DNA of 64,000 nucleotides from Candidatus Poseidoniaceae archaeon (GCA_943789275.1 CALSTM010000001.1:396902-460901), one strand, 5' to 3'; shown: positions 1 to 11,049, counted from the first letter of the stretch. The notes: generated from the sequence alone by a model not told the origin. Numbers and translations: made by a program.

Positions 1-108
1 CTCATTGTCGAAAAAATCTACCTTTCATCGATAGGAATTACTCAAAGGCTATAAGGTGATTTTGATAAATCAATAAATGGAGAAGGCAACTTCTCTGGAT
101 GGGATATT

Positions 109-294
109 ATGGAGCGAGAGCTAGAAACAAAAACGGAGATGCGACAACGAGTTCGTGATCTTCAGAGCCAAGTTGATGAACTGAAAGACCTTGTGAACAC
201 GCTTCTAAGTGTCATCTGTGAAGAGCCTGACGGCGTTCACAGTGGTGCTGCACCGACCATACCCGGTCAACCTGCACACAACTACTGCATGTGA
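109..294 (+). CDS. small hypothetical protein (61 aa), N-terminal coiled-coil-like, convergent with rtcB
   Basis: Intact 61-aa ORF. ctataaggtg TATA-like element about 55 nt upstream. Heptad-like charged N-terminus (ELETKTEMRQRVRDLQSQVDELKDLV). No recognisable family. Confidence 0.3.
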   Translation: MERELETKTEMRQRVRDLQSQVDELKDLVNTLLSVICEEPDGVHSGAAPTIPGQPAHNYCM

Positions 295-1770
295 TTAACC
301 TTTGATGACTGCAAGTGGGTTAAGTCGCACGACTGGTCTGGCAAGACCCGCCTTTTGCGTGAGTTCAATGACATCATCGACGTTCTTGTAAGCCTCAGGT
401 GCTTCTTCGGAGAGGACATTTGGCGTTGATGCATGAACACGTATCCCTCTTCCTTCAAGTTCGTTTTTCAATGCTTTACCATCGATTGTGTTCTTAGCCT
501 TTGTTCGTGAAAGTGCTCTTCCAGCACCATGGCATGATGAGCCAAACGCCATGTTTTGACCCGTTTTTGGACCTGCCATGACCCAAGAGCCTGTACCCAT
601 GTCGCCTGGAATCAAAACCGGTTGGCCGCTCGCCCGATGATGTTGGCCAATATCTGGACTGTCGCCGCTAAATGCCCGAGTAGCCCCTTTTCGATGAACA
701 CAGCAGGTGCATGGTTTTCCGTCTATTTCGTGGATTTCGACTTTCGCAATGTTGTGAGCAACATCATACAGCGTTCGTGCTTCCCCATCAACGCCAAGTT
801 CGAGTCTGAGAACTTCCCTCAATCGATGAGCAAGCGCACTTCTGTTCGCAAAAGCAAAATTTGCTGCAGCATTCATGGCGTCGAAATACGATTGCCCTTC
901 TTTCGAATGAAAAGGGGCTGCTGCGAGTTGTCGATCGGCGATTTCATATCCCCATTCTTGGTTGAACCATCCTTGGCCTTGTTGACTGTATTTTCGTTCA
1001 AGAAGGCGTACATGGTCACTGCAAACTTGATGACCAAGCCCTCGGGAGCCTGAATGAATCATGGCAACAAGTTGACCGTCGTACAAGCCCCATTGTTCTG
1101 CAGTGGCAGAATCAACCGTTTTTCCAACCGTTTGAAGCTCAAGGAAGTGATTACCACTTCCAAGCGTTCCCAGCGCACGAAGACCACGCTCTTTTGCTCT
1201 TGAAGAAAGTTCAGCATTGAGCGTTTCGAGTTGTCCTCCGGATTCCAGATGTCGTATGTCTTCATCAAACCCATATCCTAACTCAGCTGCAGCAGGAGCA
1301 CCACCCTGAATGAGTTGCTCAAGCTCATTCATCGTGATGTTCAGCCCACCTTTACCGGATGCACCGGCAGGAACTCTACCAGCAATGCGTCCAGCAAGTT
1401 TCTTGAGATTTGGAATGTCTTGAGCTGTCGCATCGAGTGCCAGCATTCGTACACCGCAATTGATGTCGAATCCAACGCCTCCAGGGGAGATCGCACCGCC
1501 TAAATCACCGTACTCGGTATCGGTGGCAACAACTCCGCCGATTGGAAGCCCGTATCCAAAATGCCAGTCGGCCATTCCCCATGCTTCACCAACAATTCCT
1601 GGCAAACTCGCTGCATTGACCAGTTGCTCTGGTCCTCGGTCATCAGCGTGCAACTGTAGGTGATTTTCATCGGTGACCAGACGAGCATCGACTTTCATCT
1701 TACCATGCGCTTTGATTCGCATGGTACCATCGCCTAATGACGAAAGATGTTGACGCCAATCATCGGCCAT
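295..1770 (-). CDS. rtcB: RNA-splicing ligase RtcB (3'-phosphate/5'-OH tRNA ligase)
   Basis: 491 aa, the typical RtcB length. Full-length resemblance to RtcB, with the conserved His/Cys-rich metal-binding segments (NCGVRML, GSGNHFLELQ, HSGSRGLGHQV, CHGAGR). Length argues against an intein. Confidence 0.9.
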   Translation of the reverse strand: MADDWRQHLSSLGDGTMRIKAHGKMKVDARLVTDENHLQLHADDRGPEQLVNAASLPGIVGEAWGMADWHFGYGLPIGGVVATDTEYGDLGGAISPGGVGFDINCGVRMLALDATAQDIPNLKKLAGRIAGRVPAGASGKGGLNITMNELEQLIQGGAPAAAELGYGFDEDIRHLESGGQLETLNAELSSRAKERGLRALGTLGSGNHFLELQTVGKTVDSATAEQWGLYDGQLVAMIHSGSRGLGHQVCSDHVRLLERKYSQQGQGWFNQEWGYEIADRQLAAAPFHSKEGQSYFDAMNAAANFAFANRSALAHRLREVLRLELGVDGEARTLYDVAHNIAKVEIHEIDGKPCTCCVHRKGATRAFSGDSPDIGQHHRASGQPVLIPGDMGTGSWVMAGPKTGQNMAFGSSCHGAGRALSRTKAKNTIDGKALKNELEGRGIRVHASTPNVLSEEAPEAYKNVDDVIELTQKAGLARPVVRLNPLAVIKG

Positions 1771-1878
1771 GGATATCGCTCGAGTAGTTCACCTTTGAGG
1801 ATTGTTCTTTTTTCAAGAAATATTGACCCATAGGTTTCAAGGTGTATCGCTCGTTCGGAGGTTTGTTCCCTTGGGGAG

Positions 1879-4737
1879 TTGCGTCGTATGGGATTACCAC
1901 CAATTGATTTGGCCGTGTTTCATAGCGAAGGCTATGTCCGTAAACAGTGCCGAATTACAGACCTCTGGTTTTGGACAACAGATGCGGAACGGGATACCTG
2001 TGGTGATACATCTGAAGATGAATACACCTTCATCGGAGAACCCCTCATTCCTGGCTTCCCAATGCGTGGTAAAGCTCTGAAAGATGCCATGCGTGAAGCA
2101 TTCTTATCGTTTTTCGAACAGGTTGGCCACACCCGTGTCGAACCGTATCCAGTTTTGGCAAGATGGCGCGATGACATTCATCTCACCATTGCCTCAATTG
2201 CCGATTTCCAGCCACATGTCACTTCTGGGCAAGTCGAACCCCCTGCCAACCCACTCACCATATCTCAACCGTGTATTCGACTCACAGACGTTGATGCTGT
2301 GGGCCGTTCAGGTCGACACTTGACCACCTTTGAAATGATGGCGCATCACGTCTTCAACCGACCGAATGATGGGAAAATGTACTATTGGATGGAAGAATGT
2401 GTTCAGTACTGTCATGACATGATGACGGTGACTTTTGGTATCCCTGCAAATGAGATTACTTATGTTGAAAACCCATGGTGCGGTGGTGGAAATGCCGGTG
2501 CTGCCGTCGAAGTCATTGTTGGGGGCCTTGAATTAGCAACCTTGGTTTTCATGAATTTAGAGGAACATCCTGACGGTGATGTGGAATTGAAAGGTGATCG
2601 TTACCGGGAGATGCCCCTGCAGATTATCGATACAGGTTACGGTCTTGAACGATTTTGTTGGGCTGCTGCAGGCACACCGACCATCTACGAGGCCATCTAC
2701 CCTGAGACCGTTTCTTGGCTCAAAGAGTTGTCTGGATTCTCAACGATTAGTTCTCAATGGCCTGAACTCGATTTGGATGCGTTGCTTGGGGAAATGAGTC
2801 GGCTGAACGGGATTATGAACATTGAACCCGGTGTTGATGCTGAAGAACTTCGGTCGATTTTCCTGCGTAGACTTGGCGAGCGGGGCATTACAGTCACCCC
2901 AAAACAATTGACGGCAATCACAGAACCACTTGCGAAAATCTATGCCATTCCAGACCACTTACATGCTTTGTCAAACATGCTTGGAGATGGTTTGGTTCCG
3001 TCAAACTCAAAGGCAGGTTATCTTGCAAGGATGTTAGCTCGTAGAACACTCCGTCTCCGTGATGAACTTGGCATTACCGTTCCACTTTCCGAACTTGCCC
3101 AGCATCATATCGGTGTAAATCTTGACGGACAATCAATGAAACAAACTCATGATGGCCTGCTCGGTATTCTTCGACTTGAAGAGGAGCGCTACGGAGAAAT
3201 GATTCGCAAAGGCGGAAACGTCATTGTCACCCAATTGAAAGGTTTACCAAAAGACGCTGATACAGTCCCTGATGAAACACTCTTTCATCTGAACGACTCG
3301 CACGGGCTCGCACCGGATATGGTCGTGGCTCTGGGCCAAAACGCAGGTTGGAAGAATCTTCAAATCCGTACCGGTTTCGCTGCAGAAATGGCAGAACGAC
3401 ACGCTCGAATTGCCAAACAGGCAGCACAAGCAGTCGAACAGAAGCCACTGGTTGAAAGTCTACCTCAGTTGCCTGCTTCAGTTGCCTTGTATTACAACGA
3501 TGTTCAACAACGTGAATTCGACGCGAGCGTACTTGCCAGTCTCCCTTTGGTTGGTGAGGATATACCTGAAGGTGCAACACATGCAATCATCCTCGACAAA
3601 TCTTGTTTTTATCCGGAAGGCGGTGGGCAAGAAGGTGATTATGGGCTACTGTCGACCGACTCAAAACATCTGCAGGTTCTCGATACACGAAAGGTTGGAG
3701 AATACATACTTCATCTGGTTGACGGTACATTCGAAACCGGTGACTTGGTTCATGGCAGTTTAGATTGGAATCGAAGGAAGCAACTCATGGACCACCATAC
3801 TGCTGTTCATATCGTCGGTGGAGCGGCTCGGCGGGTTCTTGGCCCTCACATCTACCAGGCTGGTGCAAACAAATCTGTGGAATCTGGACGCTTGGACATT
3901 ACCCACTTCAACCGACTAACGCGTGAAGATTTGGACGCCATTGAATCGATTGCTAACGAAGTACTTGTACAAGTTCAGCGAACCGAAAAGACCGAATTGA
4001 ATCGGAAAGACGCTGATAAAAAATACGGCTTTGATTTGTATCAAGGTGGTGCCCCGAAAGGGAACTCGATTCGGGTTTTACGTATTGCTGACCATGACAT
4101 TCAGGCTTGCGGCGGTACACACCATGATGAGCCAGGTCAAATCGGTTCCATTCGAATCGTGCGTTCTGCCGCTGTTCAAGACGGTGTTGAACGGCTTCAC
4201 ATTGTTGCCGGGCAAGCCGCTCTAAACTATGCTCGAAATCAAGACGAACTGCTTCGAAAAGCGAGCGAGGTCTATGGGATTCCAACACAGGATCTACCGA
4301 AAACGACTGAACGGTTTTATACCGAATGGAAAGAACAACGAAAAGTAATCGAACAACTTGAAGCAGAAATTGTACGCCTCCGGACATCCGGCGGAGGGAC
4401 AGACTCTTCTGAGATTGACGGTGTTCGGATTGCGATTATGGAAGTCACTGGTGATTTGAAGAAGATGACAAAAATGCTCAAAGAACTCACACTCGATGCC
4501 GATCAACCTACCCTTGCCGTTCTCGGCTCGAGAGAAGGCGGTGGTAAATTGATGATTGCAGTTACTGAGGGCACGGCTGCGAGTGAGCGATACGACGCTG
4601 TTGCTCTGCTTCGAATTATATCTCCGCACATCAAAGGCGGAGGTGGTGGACGTCCGACTCTGGCACAGGGTGGTGGCTCATTCCCAGACGGTCTCGATGA
4701 TGCTCTTGCCGCTGCTCGCAGCGAAGTTGGATTGTAA
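1879..4737 (+). CDS. alaS: alanine--tRNA ligase, archaeal type
   Basis: 952 aa. N-terminal archaeal AlaRS signature (EGYVRKQC...FWT...CGD...YTFIGEP, FLSFFEQVGH). Editing-domain motif HTAVHIVGGA and C-terminal GGGGG stretch. Confidence 0.9.
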   Translation: MRRMGLPPIDLAVFHSEGYVRKQCRITDLWFWTTDAERDTCGDTSEDEYTFIGEPLIPGFPMRGKALKDAMREAFLSFFEQVGHTRVEPYPVLARWRDDIHLTIASIADFQPHVTSGQVEPPANPLTISQPCIRLTDVDAVGRSGRHLTTFEMMAHHVFNRPNDGKMYYWMEECVQYCHDMMTVTFGIPANEITYVENPWCGGGNAGAAVEVIVGGLELATLVFMNLEEHPDGDVELKGDRYREMPLQIIDTGYGLERFCWAAAGTPTIYEAIYPETVSWLKELSGFSTISSQWPELDLDALLGEMSRLNGIMNIEPGVDAEELRSIFLRRLGERGITVTPKQLTAITEPLAKIYAIPDHLHALSNMLGDGLVPSNSKAGYLARMLARRTLRLRDELGITVPLSELAQHHIGVNLDGQSMKQTHDGLLGILRLEEERYGEMIRKGGNVIVTQLKGLPKDADTVPDETLFHLNDSHGLAPDMVVALGQNAGWKNLQIRTGFAAEMAERHARIAKQAAQAVEQKPLVESLPQLPASVALYYNDVQQREFDASVLASLPLVGEDIPEGATHAIILDKSCFYPEGGGQEGDYGLLSTDSKHLQVLDTRKVGEYILHLVDGTFETGDLVHGSLDWNRRKQLMDHHTAVHIVGGAARRVLGPHIYQAGANKSVESGRLDITHFNRLTREDLDAIESIANEVLVQVQRTEKTELNRKDADKKYGFDLYQGGAPKGNSIRVLRIADHDIQACGGTHHDEPGQIGSIRIVRSAAVQDGVERLHIVAGQAALNYARNQDELLRKASEVYGIPTQDLPKTTERFYTEWKEQRKVIEQLEAEIVRLRTSGGGTDSSEIDGVRIAIMEVTGDLKKMTKMLKELTLDADQPTLAVLGSREGGGKLMIAVTEGTAASERYDAVALLRIISPHIKGGGGGRPTLAQGGGSFPDGLDDALAAARSEVGL

Positions 4738-5454
4738 TTACAGGGTTTTTAGTGCTTCAACATCGAAGTACGAAACTGCCACATTTTGAGCATCGTCTTT
4801 TGTAAACCACTTTACTTCGGCAATTTCTTCAGTCTGCAGTTTAAGATGAGTGATGTCACCATTCCATAGCGAACGGTAGGTGAAGGAGACAAATGAAATT
4901 CCATCGTCGGTGAATATTTTTTGTGTAACAATTGGTTCTTTCGACTCCAAAGTAATTTCAAGGCCAATCTCTTCCAAAGTTTCGCGTACACATCCTGTGC
5001 TCGGGTGTTCATCGTGGTCCATATATCCCCCAGGTAGCGTCCAAAAACCTCGAAAATGGCCTCGTTCCACTTTGCCAAGCAAGACTTCATCGTTGTCGTT
5101 GCAAATCATGACTTTGGATACAAGCCTGTGTATCGAACGGTAGATCGCTTCCCTTGCAACAGGGTGTACGGCGTTGTCTGCAATCATTTCATCCTTCCAG
5201 GCCCAATTTTTCGGCCAGTCAATTTTTGGGTATCCCTTGAGTATTCTGTACACCATCGTCCCAAAAACCACTCGAGTTTCACGCAAATGTTTCCACTCAA
5301 TGTTCATTGCAGTTACTTCTTCTTGAGTGGGCAGACGCAATTGATTTGAGTTCTCTTGCCTTCCTTGAATCGGCTGTTGTGGACCTTCTCCGTGTTCATT
5401 GACCAACAGTACTTTTCCGTCGTGTTCCAAATGGACAACTTCGACGGGATGCAT
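4738..5454 (-). CDS. Nudix hydrolase with an approx. 120-aa N-terminal extra domain
   Basis: Nudix box GGYMDHDEHPSTGCVRETLEEIGLE (GX5EX7REUXEEXGU). Two-domain architecture. Confidence 0.75.
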   Translation of the reverse strand: MHPVEVVHLEHDGKVLLVNEHGEGPQQPIQGRQENSNQLRLPTQEEVTAMNIEWKHLRETRVVFGTMVYRILKGYPKIDWPKNWAWKDEMIADNAVHPVAREAIYRSIHRLVSKVMICNDNDEVLLGKVERGHFRGFWTLPGGYMDHDEHPSTGCVRETLEEIGLEITLESKEPIVTQKIFTDDGISFVSFTYRSLWNGDITHLKLQTEEIAEVKWFTKDDAQNVAVSYFDVEALKTL

Positions 5455-5546
5455 ACCTGTGCGTTTCTCTCATGTTTGATGAATCCTCGTATGGCAGGTC
5501 GATCTCATTGGGTATTCTTCAAGTACGACCGCTCAACCGGTTAAGC

Positions 5547-6257
5547 ATGCACTTCGAACAATTGAACCAAAGTGGATGGGCTCAAACGTATCTCTTGGTG
5601 GACACAGAATCAAAGAAGGCTGCCCTCATTGACCCTGTTTACGACTTTATGGATGAATATCTGAATGTACTTGAAGAAAGGGACCTCAACCTTGATTTTG
5701 CAGTTGCTACGCACACGCATGCAGACCACATTACTGCATGCTACTCACTGCGTGAATTGACCGGTTGTGAATACGCTATGTGGAAGGACACTGCTTGTCT
5801 TGGCGTCTCGCATTATTTGAACGAAGACGAGCAACTTATGATCGGTTCTTTGTCGGTCAAGGTGCATCATGTTCCCGGCCATACAAACGACCACATTTTA
5901 CTCGAAACTCCAACACACTTGCTGACCGGAGATTTCCTGTTCACCGGCGAAGGTGGAGCCGGACGGGATGATTTACCCAGCGGCCGAGTGGATGAACATT
6001 GGCGCTCTCTCCAGAAACTTGATTCACTTCACGGCAACCTCATCGTTTGCACAGGACATGAACCGCCCGGTACGGAGATGAAATCACTGGATTGGAACCG
6101 AGAGCATAATCCTGTATTGCAAATGAGTTCGTATGAGGAATACCATGCCTGGCAAGCAAAGGTTACTGCAGGACTCGGTTCTGTTTCCAAAATTAAGACG
6201 GCCCTTCCTGCTAATATTTTTGCGGAAATCCCGGACCATATTCCTTGGATGAATTAG
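5547..6257 (+). CDS. MBL-fold metallo-hydrolase (hydroxyacylglutathione hydrolase / ETHE1-like)
   Basis: THTHADH metal-binding motif. N-terminus MHFEQL...YLLVD matches the glyoxalase-II/ETHE1 start. Start set at the internal ATG at 5547. Confidence 0.7.
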   Translation: MHFEQLNQSGWAQTYLLVDTESKKAALIDPVYDFMDEYLNVLEERDLNLDFAVATHTHADHITACYSLRELTGCEYAMWKDTACLGVSHYLNEDEQLMIGSLSVKVHHVPGHTNDHILLETPTHLLTGDFLFTGEGGAGRDDLPSGRVDEHWRSLQKLDSLHGNLIVCTGHEPPGTEMKSLDWNREHNPVLQMSSYEEYHAWQAKVTAGLGSVSKIKTALPANIFAEIPDHIPWMN

Positions 6258-6298
6258 ACACATCGCATGCGAAGGCATTAGTAGAGGCGTTCATACCC

Positions 6299-8824
6299 AT
6301 GACCATGCACCTCCGGTCTGCTCGCAGTCTCTTGGTCGTCTGTGCCCTACAACTGCTCTTGATTGGGGTATCAGCAGCACCTCTTGCAGACACACTCAAT
6401 CCTATCGGTGATTTTGAACGTATGGATGCAGCCTTAGAACATGAACTCAATACTGTTGCTGATGAGACCACATTGTCGGTCATCTTTCAATTGAACTCCG
6501 AGGTTCAAACGGTAGACCGAACAGAACTTGAGAATTATGGGGCTGAAGTTTTGGGGGATGCTCCACTCATTGATGGTGGATTGATTGAAGCCACTGCATC
6601 ACAAATACGTACAATCAGTCAATGGGAACGTGTCGAATACTTAGAACTCAACAGAGAGTTGGAATTTTTCTACTTACCTACAGAATTTGGTGGTGACCCC
6701 ATCGATGATGCTGGCATTATGATGCATGAAACAACGCATGTTGTCAATGCCACGACTTCATGGCACCGTGCAATCATTAACACCGACGGGACGGTTGCGT
6801 TCGAAACAGACCTCGCTTTCACTGAGTGGGACGGCGATGGAACTGCGATTGTTGACCTGGATACCGGTGTTGATGCTGGGCATCCCGATTATGATTACCT
6901 ACAACCTTGGTCCGGAGAAAAGACGCTCTATTCGGCAAAGTGGGACGGCGTGTGGACTGAAACTCGTAATTCAGACACCTCGTCGGGTCACGGGACTCAC
7001 GTTGGTGGAACAATTGCCGGTAACGGTGATGCTTCTGCAGGTCGCCGAGCTGGTGTGGCGAAGGGCGGTCAGTTGGTCGCACTTGGCACCGGAGACGGAG
7101 CCTCGATTTTTGCTGCTGAACAAGGACTTGAATGGACGTACCAACATTCCATTCCTGGTCAAAACGAATACCACATTCGGGTTGTTTCGAACTCGTGGGG
7201 TACCGATGGGGATTATGATCCAAACGGGGCGGTTGCTCAACTCACTGAGATGCTGACCTATGACCATGGTGTTGCAGTTATCTTCGCAGCATCGAATTCT
7301 GGCGGAAACGGAGGCGAATGCGCTGGCGGTTTGAAAACCAATGTTTACGCAAATACTCCCTCGGCAATCTCTGTTGCTGCTCTCACACATGACGGAACTG
7401 CAGTGACTTCCTTTTCCTCTCGTGGTTGTATGAACCAAATGCACACATGGCCTGATGTCGGCGCACCAGGCCGTGATATTTGGGCTACAGCTCCCCGTGG
7501 AACTGCCATCGACGCTTCGACAAAACTCCAAGGTGACTTGTATTACATGGCGATTTCAGGCACCAGCATGGCTACACCACACGTTGGTGGCATTGCTGGG
7601 CTTTTGCTCGATGCAGCCCCTTCATTGGGCGTAGCCGATTACCATCGAGATGACCATGATGAAGGCGCTTCTTTGGTTGGTGGTGATGGTTCTGCCGCAT
7701 ACGGCCAATTTGATGACTGGGATTCCGCTAATTTTTCTCGTGTTCACGAATTGGAACTAATTCTTGAACTGACAGCGCGGTATGACGGCATGGCAAATTC
7801 ATGTGAGGCCGGCAACGATGATGATGGATGCAACGACATTCCATCGGAATGTTATCGCAGTGCAACGGGTCAATGCCACGACTGGCGGGTCGGGCATGGT
7901 CTGACCAATACCGACAAGGCAGTCGCTCTTGCTCGAACTCTACAGCTGATGCGTGACCAGAACGACGATGGAATCGTGGACCATCCCGAATACACCGTTT
8001 GGGATGCGTATGACATTTACACCTCGCTCATGACCGTTGAAACAATTCCAGTTGACACAGACCGTGTTCGACATTCATGGAAGGGTGATTGGAATCACTT
8101 TAACAACGGAGCAAGCGGTGCTGTTTACTACACTGAGGACTCGCACTACGTTTGGATTCCCAACGGTACCAACAATCTACTCGCATACTTCACACCAACC
8201 GAAGTTGACGTTGAGACAGCCCAAGTAGGAAGTCTGCAAATGGAAATCGACCTTGCCGAGGACGGCTCCAACGATGCGCAAGGTGCTGGGACTCGTGTTG
8301 CTGATACTTGGATTTACGATTTGGATGTTGGCCCTGAACATTGGAATACATGGGCACACTTTGACATCACCGGGCAGGCAGCAGCGTTCCTTGGGTTGTT
8401 TGAAGACCCCGAATTCTTCGAAGCGAGTATTCCTTACACAGTCGATGTAGCACTGACACTCGACTTGTCGTCGCCAGTCGATATTACGATTCCTCAGCGT
8501 CCAGACTTTTACTCCGATCTCGACCCAACGACACCTTCTGACGCTTGGGATGATTCCTTCAAGGGGCAGTTAACGTTCACACGAGAAGCATACAATCAAT
8601 CTGCTTTGATGAATGAAGTTCTTCCGAAGGTCACATCTTCGGATGACTCTGAAGGATTCTTTTCGGATTTGGGTAGTGTCCTTTCTGAACACTCTGGGTT
8701 TGCAGCATTCCTTGGACTGCTCTTCCTTCTGTGCGGCCTTGGTGCCGGTTACACATTGTACAACATGAATCCAAGCAGAAGCGACCAAGAAGTAATCGAT
8801 GCGATGATTGAATCTGAATCATAG
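6299..8824 (+). CDS. secreted subtilisin-like serine protease (peptidase S8) with C-terminal membrane anchor
   Basis: Signal peptide MTMHLRSARSLLVVCALQLLLIGVSAA. Catalytic D (DTGVDAGHPDY), H (HGTHVGGTIAG) and S (GTSMATPHVGG) motifs. C-terminal hydrophobic segment FAAFLGLLFLLCGLGAGYTLY. Confidence 0.8.
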   Translation: MTMHLRSARSLLVVCALQLLLIGVSAAPLADTLNPIGDFERMDAALEHELNTVADETTLSVIFQLNSEVQTVDRTELENYGAEVLGDAPLIDGGLIEATASQIRTISQWERVEYLELNRELEFFYLPTEFGGDPIDDAGIMMHETTHVVNATTSWHRAIINTDGTVAFETDLAFTEWDGDGTAIVDLDTGVDAGHPDYDYLQPWSGEKTLYSAKWDGVWTETRNSDTSSGHGTHVGGTIAGNGDASAGRRAGVAKGGQLVALGTGDGASIFAAEQGLEWTYQHSIPGQNEYHIRVVSNSWGTDGDYDPNGAVAQLTEMLTYDHGVAVIFAASNSGGNGGECAGGLKTNVYANTPSAISVAALTHDGTAVTSFSSRGCMNQMHTWPDVGAPGRDIWATAPRGTAIDASTKLQGDLYYMAISGTSMATPHVGGIAGLLLDAAPSLGVADYHRDDHDEGASLVGGDGSAAYGQFDDWDSANFSRVHELELILELTARYDGMANSCEAGNDDDGCNDIPSECYRSATGQCHDWRVGHGLTNTDKAVALARTLQLMRDQNDDGIVDHPEYTVWDAYDIYTSLMTVETIPVDTDRVRHSWKGDWNHFNNGASGAVYYTEDSHYVWIPNGTNNLLAYFTPTEVDVETAQVGSLQMEIDLAEDGSNDAQGAGTRVADTWIYDLDVGPEHWNTWAHFDITGQAAAFLGLFEDPEFFEASIPYTVDVALTLDLSSPVDITIPQRPDFYSDLDPTTPSDAWDDSFKGQLTFTREAYNQSALMNEVLPKVTSSDDSEGFFSDLGSVLSEHSGFAAFLGLLFLLCGLGAGYTLYNMNPSRSDQEVIDAMIESES

Positions 8825-10000
8825 AGGGTTTTCAGGGATTTTCCCCCTGTGCTCGCTTGAAGGTAGTTCCTGTAGGTCAGCGAAACTCAATTGCTCGATT
8901 GGTGCGTTGGTCAACCCACTCATTCGCTCTTTCATCACCATCCGTACGTGAAATTCTATTCTTCCTTTCGAGCGTGTCAAGTCGTACGACAACGGGTTGA
9001 GCGTTTGAATAACTTGATTACCAAATTCGTCTCGAATTTGAGAACCTCGCCATATTGAGTACCCCCATCTGAACGCAATACCAACAATCGCAGCTCCATA
9101 AAGCAGGCCAAGAACGGTGACTGCGAAGAGAACAGCATTACCGTCTCTTGCTTCATCCAAGAGGTTCCTCACGATGAGGAACAGTAGACCAATTCCTACC
9201 AATGGTTTGAGGATACTCTCAAGCCATTGGTCAACCGGAACTAACCGGCCTTTGGATGGGTCGACGAATACAAGGTCCGATTCAAACGCAGCATTGAGTA
9301 CTCCAAGGGCACCAAGCAATACAATGTACAGCAGAGAAGAAAATATAATTTCGATTCCCCATGATTCGAAATTAAACGTCCAATGAACAATCAGCCATGC
9401 AAATAATCCGAGGAAGGCTCCCTGTGGGACGTGATTAAAGTGGATGACATGTTGAGAAAATTCGTTCATTTTTGCCTTGTCTTCCGATAATCCTCTGTGG
9501 GGTTTGGGTATGTGAATAATTTGCCAGTGCATCAAACGTTCCATGGACTTGAGGGCCCTTACCAGTACTTCTTTTCGAATAAAGATGTATTCGATGACCA
9601 ACAATACTGGGAACCCGATGAGAATTACCGGTAAGGCCATTATGGCGGCAAGCGGGAAAATCAGAATAGCTGGAAGCAGTAAGAAATGAGATACGGTGAG
9701 TGGATGGAACAAATCAGCTTCAATCAAACGTTGATGATTGGGTCGTATGTGGAGGCTTCGTGCTATGTCGTCAAGCGTCGCTCTGAATGGAGCTACTTGC
9801 CTTCCTGCATCAATGATTTGCAAAACAGTGTTTCGATACTGCGATGCTTCATGACCAACACCGATGAAAAACCTCCAGCCAATTCTCATTGGTAATGCCA
9901 AGAGTAATGGGATTGACAGCAATCCTGCCGCCCAAATCAATGCGTTGGTATCGATTGTCGCCATCGTCCTCATTTCGCCCAATCGCTGCGAGCGTTTCAA
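8819..10000 (-). CDS. polytopic membrane protein, function unknown
   Basis: 393-aa ORF with at least 6 predicted hydrophobic helices. No recognisable catalytic motif. Confidence 0.45.
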   Translation of the reverse strand: MKRSQRLGEMRTMATIDTNALIWAAGLLSIPLLLALPMRIGWRFFIGVGHEASQYRNTVLQIIDAGRQVAPFRATLDDIARSLHIRPNHQRLIEADLFHPLTVSHFLLLPAILIFPLAAIMALPVILIGFPVLLVIEYIFIRKEVLVRALKSMERLMHWQIIHIPKPHRGLSEDKAKMNEFSQHVIHFNHVPQGAFLGLFAWLIVHWTFNFESWGIEIIFSSLLYIVLLGALGVLNAAFESDLVFVDPSKGRLVPVDQWLESILKPLVGIGLLFLIVRNLLDEARDGNAVLFAVTVLGLLYGAAIVGIAFRWGYSIWRGSQIRDEFGNQVIQTLNPLSYDLTRSKGRIEFHVRMVMKERMSGLTNAPIEQLSFADLQELPSSEHRGKIPENPL

Positions 10001-10062
10001 TCATAGGGTTCAGCCATTGCCCAAGGCATAGATTGATGTCCCTTATGCAAAAGCCTAGGGGT

Positions 10063-11049
10063 ATGGCACGAATTGCTGTGACCGATGGTATGGCTCCTGA
10101 CGCAGTGGTATTGCTTGAGAAATCTGGGCATGAGGTTGTTCTTCAGTTCATTGAACAGGAAGACCTGCTTGCTGGCGCTCTCAAAGAGTTCGACGCCATT
10201 ATTGTTCGCAGTGCTACCAAATTACCGCGCGAAGTTCTCGTCCAATCCGGTACACGTCTCAAAGTCATTGGCCGTGCTGGTGTTGGTGTTGATAACATCG
10301 ATATTGTTGCTGCTGCGGAATTGAACATCCCCGTGGTCAATGCTCCTCGTGCTTCGACGCAATCGGTCATCGAACTTACCATTGGACATTTACTTTCATC
10401 GCTCCGCCACATCCCTCGTGCAGACCGCGGTATGCGTCTTGACAAGTGGGAAAAGAAAACCATGAAAGGAACGGAACTGTTCGGAAAAGACCTCGGGTTG
10501 ATTGGCTTTGGAAGGATTGCACAAGGTGTTGGCTCTGTTGCGCAATTGTTGGGGATGGATGTTCACACGTACGACCCATATTTGCCCTCGAAGGTGGCAA
10601 AGGCTCAAAACACTACACTGCACAAAAATGTTGATACCTTATTTCAGAATTGCACTCACATTTCGATTCACTGCAACTTTACCGAGGAAACCCACCATTT
10701 GGTGAATGCTGAACGAATGGCTTTGATGCCTGGTAAGTCTCGAGATGGGATCCATTGCGGCAATCATATTGTGAACTGTGCTCGCGGTGGCATCATTGAC
10801 GAATCTGCATTACTTTCTGCTCTGCTTTCGGGACAAGTGGCTTCGGCAGCACTCGATGTTTTCGAACAGGAGCCGGTCTCGAAAGGAAATGAATTGATTC
10901 AACATCCGAATTTCCATGGAACTCCGCACATTGGTGCAGCAACTCTTGAGGCTCAAGCACGCGTTGGGAGAGATATTGGGTTGGCAGTGATGACTGTACT
11001 TGACGGGAAAGTTGCAGATACGACCGTCAATTCACATTTACTCAACTAA
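10063..11049 (+). CDS. serA: D-isomer-specific 2-hydroxyacid dehydrogenase, probably D-3-phosphoglycerate dehydrogenase (no ACT domain)
   Basis: NAD-binding GRAGVGVDNIDI..AAAELNIPVVNAP, GLIGFGRIAQ Rossmann motif and catalytic RGG...D...H region. Start set at MARIAVTDG (10063) rather than the upstream extension that overlaps the neighbouring gene. Confidence 0.7.
   Translation: MARIAVTDGMAPDAVVLLEKSGHEVVLQFIEQEDLLAGALKEFDAIIVRSATKLPREVLVQSGTRLKVIGRAGVGVDNIDIVAAAELNIPVVNAPRASTQSVIELTIGHLLSSLRHIPRADRGMRLDKWEKKTMKGTELFGKDLGLIGFGRIAQGVGSVAQLLGMDVHTYDPYLPSKVAKAQNTTLHKNVDTLFQNCTHISIHCNFTEETHHLVNAERMALMPGKSRDGIHCGNHIVNCARGGIIDESALLSALLSGQVASAALDVFEQEPVSKGNELIQHPNFHGTPHIGAATLEAQARVGRDIGLAVMTVLDGKVADTTVNSHLLN

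Noticed and set aside
556-1663. Several 60-165-aa ORFs inside rtcB on both strands
   Set aside because: They are nested in a well-supported gene and have Ser/Pro/Cys-rich unstructured translations typical of off-frame noise. The same judgement applies to nested ORFs within alaS, the RND transporter, pntB, topA and the TPR gene.
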